From: Alphaproteobacteria bacterium
GTDB lineage: Bacteria > Pseudomonadota > Alphaproteobacteria > Rs-D84
Length of the DNA: 40,432 nucleotides
Direction of reading: 5' to 3'
NCBI GenBank assembly: GCA_017554365.1
Contig: JAFZIM010000049.1
Span: 1-40,432 of the forward strand
Position 1 is the stretch's first letter. Each line of letters begins with the position of its first letter. The notes under the pieces were generated by a model that saw only the letters and a program-made list of their open reading frames with translations, did no database searches and had not been told where the DNA came from. Made by a program: the position numbers and the translations under genes. This document shows, one piece after another, positions 36,139-40,432 of this stretch.

Positions 36139-36672
36139 ATGAATATTTTGATGGGTGATATTTTTGATTTTTATGAATTACGTATATCGTGCCATATAAA
36201 ATCTATGAATTATTTTGCAGATATTTTGGGTTATCATTTCCCAGAACATGACAGGGACAAAGTTGTTGAACCAATCAGAACTGGATATGCGTATGTATTT
36301 TATAATACTTATCATAAAAATTTTCATTTAACCCCAGAACACGAAGCCCTTTGCAAAGATGCAAGACGTTTACATCACGAACACGCATCACATCATATTC
36401 AGGCATACAATAATGTTTCAGAAATCCCTGATATTTGTATTTATGAAATGATTGCAGATTGGTCGTCTGCAAATTTTGAACAGATGAATATTATAAAAGA
36501 CAAAGACGCCATATCAATTGAAGAATGGTTTGATAAAAATATGTCTTCGTTGGGTTGGACAGAACATCAACTTGAAATCATAAAAAATTCTTTTGAAAAG
36601 ATAGCCAAAACCACAGACGAAGAAACCATAACAAAGATATGGCTGCCATTACTTGAAAAAGCAGATTTATAA
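36139..36672 (+). CDS. HD-like His-rich metalloprotein (DUF5662-like)
   Basis: H...HDRDK, HHEHASHH, EMIADWSSA; AAGGA SD before ATG at 36139. Confidence 0.72.
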   Translation: MNILMGDIFDFYELRISCHIKSMNYFADILGYHFPEHDRDKVVEPIRTGYAYVFYNTYHKNFHLTPEHEALCKDARRLHHEHASHHIQAYNNVSEIPDICIYEMIADWSSANFEQMNIIKDKDAISIEEWFDKNMSSLGWTEHQLEIIKNSFEKIAKTTDEETITKIWLPLLEKADL

Positions 36673-36696
36673 TATTAAAATTTGCTTTGTATCTTT

Positions 36697-36771
36697 GGTC
36701 CCATCGTCTAAAGGTTAGGACACCAGATTCTCATTCTGACAATATGGGTTCAATTCCCATTGGGACTGCCA
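36697..36771 (+). tRNA. tRNA-Glu (CTC)
   Basis: GGTCCCA/TGGGACT acceptor, GTCTAAAGGTTAGGAC D-arm, CAGA-TTCTCAT-TCTG anticodon arm, ATGGG-TTCAATT-CCCAT T-arm, encoded CCA. Confidence 0.94.
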
Positions 36772-36797
36772 AAATAAAATACCGAATGACACGTTTT

Positions 36798-37340
36798 TTA
36801 TAACACTTTTTCTAAAATATAATTATTCAGCCATTGGCCGTCTATGAATGCAACATTATGTTTTATTCCAATTATGTTATATCCTGCCTTTATCAAATTT
36901 CCCAATGAACGAATATTTGTATGATAAACTTCGGCTTCTAATCTTTGAACACCATTTTCACGCGCCCATTTTATGATATATTTTTTGAACTGACTTCCCA
37001 AACCATTGGAAAGATATTTATCAAGAATAATCGTGCCAGTAATTCCTGTCCGTCCCTGTAAATAAGGATTATCAACACCAACACGTGTTATTGTTGATTC
37101 GCCTATTAATTCATCGCCGTCCCAAGCCCCCAAGAATAAATTATTTGGGTTGTTATATAATGCGATTGATTTTTCTTTATCTTTTTTTGGCTGCCCTGGA
37201 TATTGGGTTGTAAATTTAGCCCCTTTGCCCTTTACAAATTTATCAAAAAATTTCATCATCGCATCATAATCTGTTCCACGTACACGACGAATTGTAATGA
37301 TTTTACCATTTTTTAATTTGAATTTAACACTGCGATTCAT
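36798..37340 (-). CDS. GNAT acetyltransferase
   Basis: LKNGKIITIR, ELIG, Y...GLG, LEAEV...N.R.......GY...G. Confidence 0.9.
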   Translation of the reverse strand: MNRSVKFKLKNGKIITIRRVRGTDYDAMMKFFDKFVKGKGAKFTTQYPGQPKKDKEKSIALYNNPNNLFLGAWDGDELIGESTITRVGVDNPYLQGRTGITGTIILDKYLSNGLGSQFKKYIIKWARENGVQRLEAEVYHTNIRSLGNLIKAGYNIIGIKHNVAFIDGQWLNNYILEKVL

Positions 37341-37409
37341 TTACATTCCCCTTAATCATCTTATTGGTTATTATACCACGAAAATATCTATTCCTCAAAT
37401 TTATTCACA

Positions 37410-37438
37410 TTGATTTTTTTGGTGTTTTATGATATAAT
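37410..37438 (+). promoter_or_regulatory. Sigma70-type promoter of the lysozyme gene
   Basis: TTGATT, 17 nt, extended -10 TGaTATAAT. Confidence 0.7.
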
Positions 37439-37452
37439 TGAATCACTTTGAT

Positions 37453-37483
37453 AGACGACAATTTGTCGTCTTTTTTTTATTTT
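37453..37483 (+). terminator. Promoter-proximal terminator-like hairpin in the lysozyme leader
   Basis: AGACGACA-ATT-TGTCGTCT followed by a T-tract, between promoter and SD. Confidence 0.7.
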
Positions 37484-37503
37484 TATAACAAAGGATTTTT
37501 TCA

Positions 37504-38007
37504 ATGCAAATAAGTGATAAAGGAATAGAATTTCTAAAAACTATGGAAGGTTGTATAAAAATAAATGATATTCATATTATTTACGATGATAAAAATGGAA
37601 AACCTGTGAATTTAAATGAACCTTTGCCAAATGGCGCAACAATCGGTTATGGACATTTAATAAAACCAAATGAAGATTTTAGAAATGGAATTACTGAATC
37701 TGAAGCCATCAATTTATTAAAACAAGATATATCAACCACAGAACTATTTATAAAAAATAATATAACAACAATATTAAATCAAAACCAATATGATGCATTG
37801 GTATCTTTGGTATATAATATCGGCGCAAAAAATTTTATAAATTCAAGCGTGATTAAATACATAAATAATCGTAATTTTTATAATCAAAAATACCCCGATT
37901 TAGAACACGCATGGAAAGCATGGAATCAATATCGTGGAAAACAAATCCAAGGATTGATAAATCGCAGAAACAAAGAATGGAATTTATATAAAAATTGTAT
38001 ATATTAA
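37504..38007 (+). CDS. GH24 phage-type lysozyme (muramidase)
   Basis: ISDKGIEFLK.MEG, YDD, TIGYGH, LNQNQYDALVSLVYNIG, GLINRR.KE. Confidence 0.93.
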   Translation: MQISDKGIEFLKTMEGCIKINDIHIIYDDKNGKPVNLNEPLPNGATIGYGHLIKPNEDFRNGITESEAINLLKQDISTTELFIKNNITTILNQNQYDALVSLVYNIGAKNFINSSVIKYINNRNFYNQKYPDLEHAWKAWNQYRGKQIQGLINRRNKEWNLYKNCIY

Positions 38008-38012
38008 ATTCA

Positions 38013-38130
38013 TAAAAAAACACCGGTATTTACCGGCTTTTTCGTTATATTTTTTATCTTTGTTCAAGTAATTTTTTAAATAATACAAAAAGACCGGCAT
38101 TTGCCGGCCTTTTTGTTAATTTTTTATATT
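38013..38130. terminator. Tandem pair of homologous terminators
   Basis: CCGGTA-TT-TACCGG (38022-38035) and CCGGCA-TT-TGCCGG (38094-38107), each with A- and T-tracts. Confidence 0.75.
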
Positions 38131-38132
38131 AT

Positions 38133-38507
38133 TTATTCAAGAATCATTTTGGCCTGTTTTAACAAATTTATTGCGATATCTATGCTGTCTTGATTAACTG
38201 CTGTTTTTTCAATTTTTGGTTGTTCAACAATCTTCGTTTTTTGTTCTGTAATTTCTTTACTAAAATCGCCATTATGTAAAATCTTTTTTACACCTGCTAT
38301 CGTCATACCTTTGTCATAAAGCAAAGATTTTATTGTTTCCAATTTTGTAATTGTTTCCTGACGATAATAACGACGACCACCAGACCCAGTTGTTGGACGA
38401 ATCGCATTTGCAAATTGTTTTTCCCAATAACGCAAAGTATGTGCAGGCACATTCAGTTTTTTAGCAACCTGATTAATAGGAACAAAATATTCACCATTAT
38501 TTTCCAT
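38133..38507 (-). CDS. MerR-family HTH regulator
   Basis: INQVAK.L.VPAHTLRYWE, GGRRYY, LLYDKGMTIAGVKK. Confidence 0.92.
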   Translation of the reverse strand: MENNGEYFVPINQVAKKLNVPAHTLRYWEKQFANAIRPTTGSGGRRYYRQETITKLETIKSLLYDKGMTIAGVKKILHNGDFSKEITEQKTKIVEQPKIEKTAVNQDSIDIAINLLKQAKMILE

Positions 38508-38527
38508 ACCTGCACACCCTTAGATTT

Positions 38528-40432
38528 TTATTCTGCGTTTTCGTTATTATCTGTGGTTGTTTCTTCTGTGAAAACACTATCTCCAGATACGTTTTCTGTT
38601 GTTTCGTTTTCAACTGCTGGTGTTTCTTCTTCTGCTTCTTCATGGTCAATAGAAATAGCAGAAACAACCTTTTCATTTTCAGCTGTTTTGAATAATGTTA
38701 CACCGGCTGTTGAACGACCTGCGATACGAACATCTTTCACAGGTGTTCTTATGATTTTACCTCCGTTTGTCACCATCATGATATCTTGGTCATCGCTTAC
38801 TGGGAATGAACCAGCAACCGCAGTGTTTTTACCACCTAATTTAATATTGGTAAATCCATTACCACCACGATGTGTCAAACGATATTCATAAGAAGATGTA
38901 CGTTTTCCAAATCCATTTTCAGATATAGTCAAAATGAATTCTTCTTTTAATGCCATCTTTGCCATTTGTTCGTCAGACAATACCAATGTTGTATTTTCTT
39001 CTTCGGCATCTGCTTCTTCTTCGATACCTGTGGCAGCACGACGCAAAGCACGACTTTGTTTTACATACGCTGCACGAACGACAGAATCAGATTCACCATG
39101 ATTCAACATAGCCATACCAATTACATAATCATCTTTCTGTAATGATATACCGCGAACACCGGTTGAATTACGTCCTGCAAAGACACGAATTTCTGGAACT
39201 GCAAATCTTATGCAACGACCACGATATGTTGACAAGAACACATCTTGGTTTTCATTACATGGCAATACTGAAATCAAAGAATCGCCTTCGTCTAATTTCA
39301 TAGCAATCTTTCCATTTGCACGGATAGAATCAAAATCAGACATACGATTTCTGCGGATTGTTCCAGATGCTGTTGCGAACATCAAGAAATGTTCAACACC
39401 AGATTCTTGAACGCGTTTCACTTCGTCTTCTGGAACTGGTAATATTGCAGTTATTGTTTCACCTTCGGTCAAAGGTAATAAATTAACCAATGGACGTCCT
39501 TTGCCTGATGCAGATGCTTCTGGCAATTTATATGTTTTCAATTTATAACATAATCCTTTGGACGAGAAGAACAACAATGGTGTATGAGTATTTGCAACAA
39601 ATACATTTACAACATAATCATCTTCTTTGGTTGTCATCGCATTACGTCCTTTGCCACCGCGTTTTTGTGCGCGATATGTATCCAGCGCAACACGTTTGAT
39701 ATAACCTGTATTAGAAACTGTCACAACCATATCTTCACGAGCAATCAAATCTTCTATATCAATATCAATTTCTGCATCAGAAATTTCTGTTCTTCTGGCC
39801 TGAGACCAATTATCACGAACAGATGTTGTTTCATCTCTGATAATTTGAACGATACGTTCATGACTGCTTAATATAGCCAACAAATCTTTAATAACGGCAC
39901 CCAAATCAGTCAAATCGTTATGTATTTTATCACGTTCAAGACCTGTTAAACGATGCAACTGCAATTCAAGAATTGCTTTTGCTTGGTCTTCGGACATATA
40001 AAACATTCCGTCTTTGTATTCTGTATTTGGATCATCAATCAATTCAATATAAGATTGAATATCAGATGCAGGCCAACCACGTGAAATCAATGCTGTGCGT
40101 GCATCATCTGGATTTGCTGATTCTTTGATTAATTTGATAACTTCGTCCAAATTACCGCAAGCCACAGACAATCCCAACAAAGTATGTGCACGATTACGTG
40201 CTTTGTTTAAATCAAATATTGTTCTGCGACGAATAACTTCTTCACGGAATTCGATAAATGCATCTAAAACACTTCTGATTGTGAATAACATTGGACGACC
40301 ACGATTCAAAGCCATCATATTCACAGGGAAATTAGATTGTATTTCTGTATCTTGGAATAAATGATTTAATACAACTTCTGGCATAGTGTCGCGTTTCAAT
40401 TCAATTACGACACGTAAACCTTCTTTTGAAGA
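38528..40432 (-). CDS. gyrA: DNA gyrase subunit A (3' part; 5' end beyond the window)
   Basis: QAKAILEL.L.RLTGLE, GyrA-box QKRGGKG, beta-pinwheel repeats, acidic tail; frame open to the window edge. Confidence 0.97.
   Translation of the reverse strand, partial: SSKEGLRVVIELKRDTMPEVVLNHLFQDTEIQSNFPVNMMALNRGRPMLFTIRSVLDAFIEFREEVIRRRTIFDLNKARNRAHTLLGLSVACGNLDEVIKLIKESANPDDARTALISRGWPASDIQSYIELIDDPNTEYKDGMFYMSEDQAKAILELQLHRLTGLERDKIHNDLTDLGAVIKDLLAILSSHERIVQIIRDETTSVRDNWSQARRTEISDAEIDIDIEDLIAREDMVVTVSNTGYIKRVALDTYRAQKRGGKGRNAMTTKEDDYVVNVFVANTHTPLLFFSSKGLCYKLKTYKLPEASASGKGRPLVNLLPLTEGETITAILPVPEDEVKRVQESGVEHFLMFATASGTIRRNRMSDFDSIRANGKIAMKLDEGDSLISVLPCNENQDVFLSTYRGRCIRFAVPEIRVFAGRNSTGVRGISLQKDDYVIGMAMLNHGESDSVVRAAYVKQSRALRRAATGIEEEADAEEENTTLVLSDEQMAKMALKEEFILTISENGFGKRTSSYEYRLTHRGGNGFTNIKLGGKNTAVAGSFPVSDDQDIMMVTNGGKIIRTPVKDVRIAGRSTAGVTLFKTAENEKVVSAISIDHEEAEEETPAVENETTENVSGDSVFTEETTTDNNENAE

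Noticed and set aside
20296-38130. Genomic island or prophage bounded by tRNA-Gln and tRNA-Glu
   Set aside because: No integrase, transposase or phage structural gene, and no duplicated tRNA 3' end (att) was found; it looks like piecemeal accessory gene accumulation.
3342-40364. Numerous short antisense or alternate-frame ORFs in the ORF track (e.g. 3342-3599, 13586-14008, 16398-16817, 32788-33192, 38415-38891)
   Set aside because: They lie within well-supported genes, lack motifs and RBSs, and are expected shadow ORFs.
1-40432. Alternative genetic code
   Set aside because: Conserved genes translate full length under code 11 with TGG for Trp; TGA stops occur at sensible ATGA overlaps.

Overview
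AT-rich bacterial chromosomal segment. Gene content (DUF2312/GapR, ComEC without an MBL domain, gyrA followed by a small MerR regulator, TolC/RND) points to a low-GC diderm alphaproteobacterium, probably host-associated; this taxonomy is inference. Bases 1-14.7 kb are mostly housekeeping: lspA (partial), a Kef-type antiporter, rsmA, recR, a D,D-carboxypeptidase, pyk, gapR-like, pyrG, comEC, truA, fmt, def, rmuC. A marR-tolC-MFP-RND operon follows; its RND lacks the canonical TM4 aspartates and its adaptor is severely shortened. From about 20.3 to 38.1 kb is an accessory-rich stretch with two tRNAs (Gln-TTG, Glu-CTC). It holds an ADP-ribosyltransferase-like ORF, a CE-clan protease-like ORF, a polyproline orphan, an ABC-F gene behind a 3-codon uORF attenuator, a UDG-superfamily (Brig1-like) candidate defence glycosylase, a kinase/GT8 pair and a frameshifted orphan. 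It also holds a two-gene secreted operon (glycine-zipper protein plus a 1303-aa Cys-rich protein ending in an HPD->HED J-domain) and a lone GH24 lysozyme behind a promoter-proximal terminator. The window ends in gyrA (partial). Several genes look leaderless. No CRISPR array, rRNA, integrase or transposase was seen. All family assignments come from motif recognition by eye, not from database searches.
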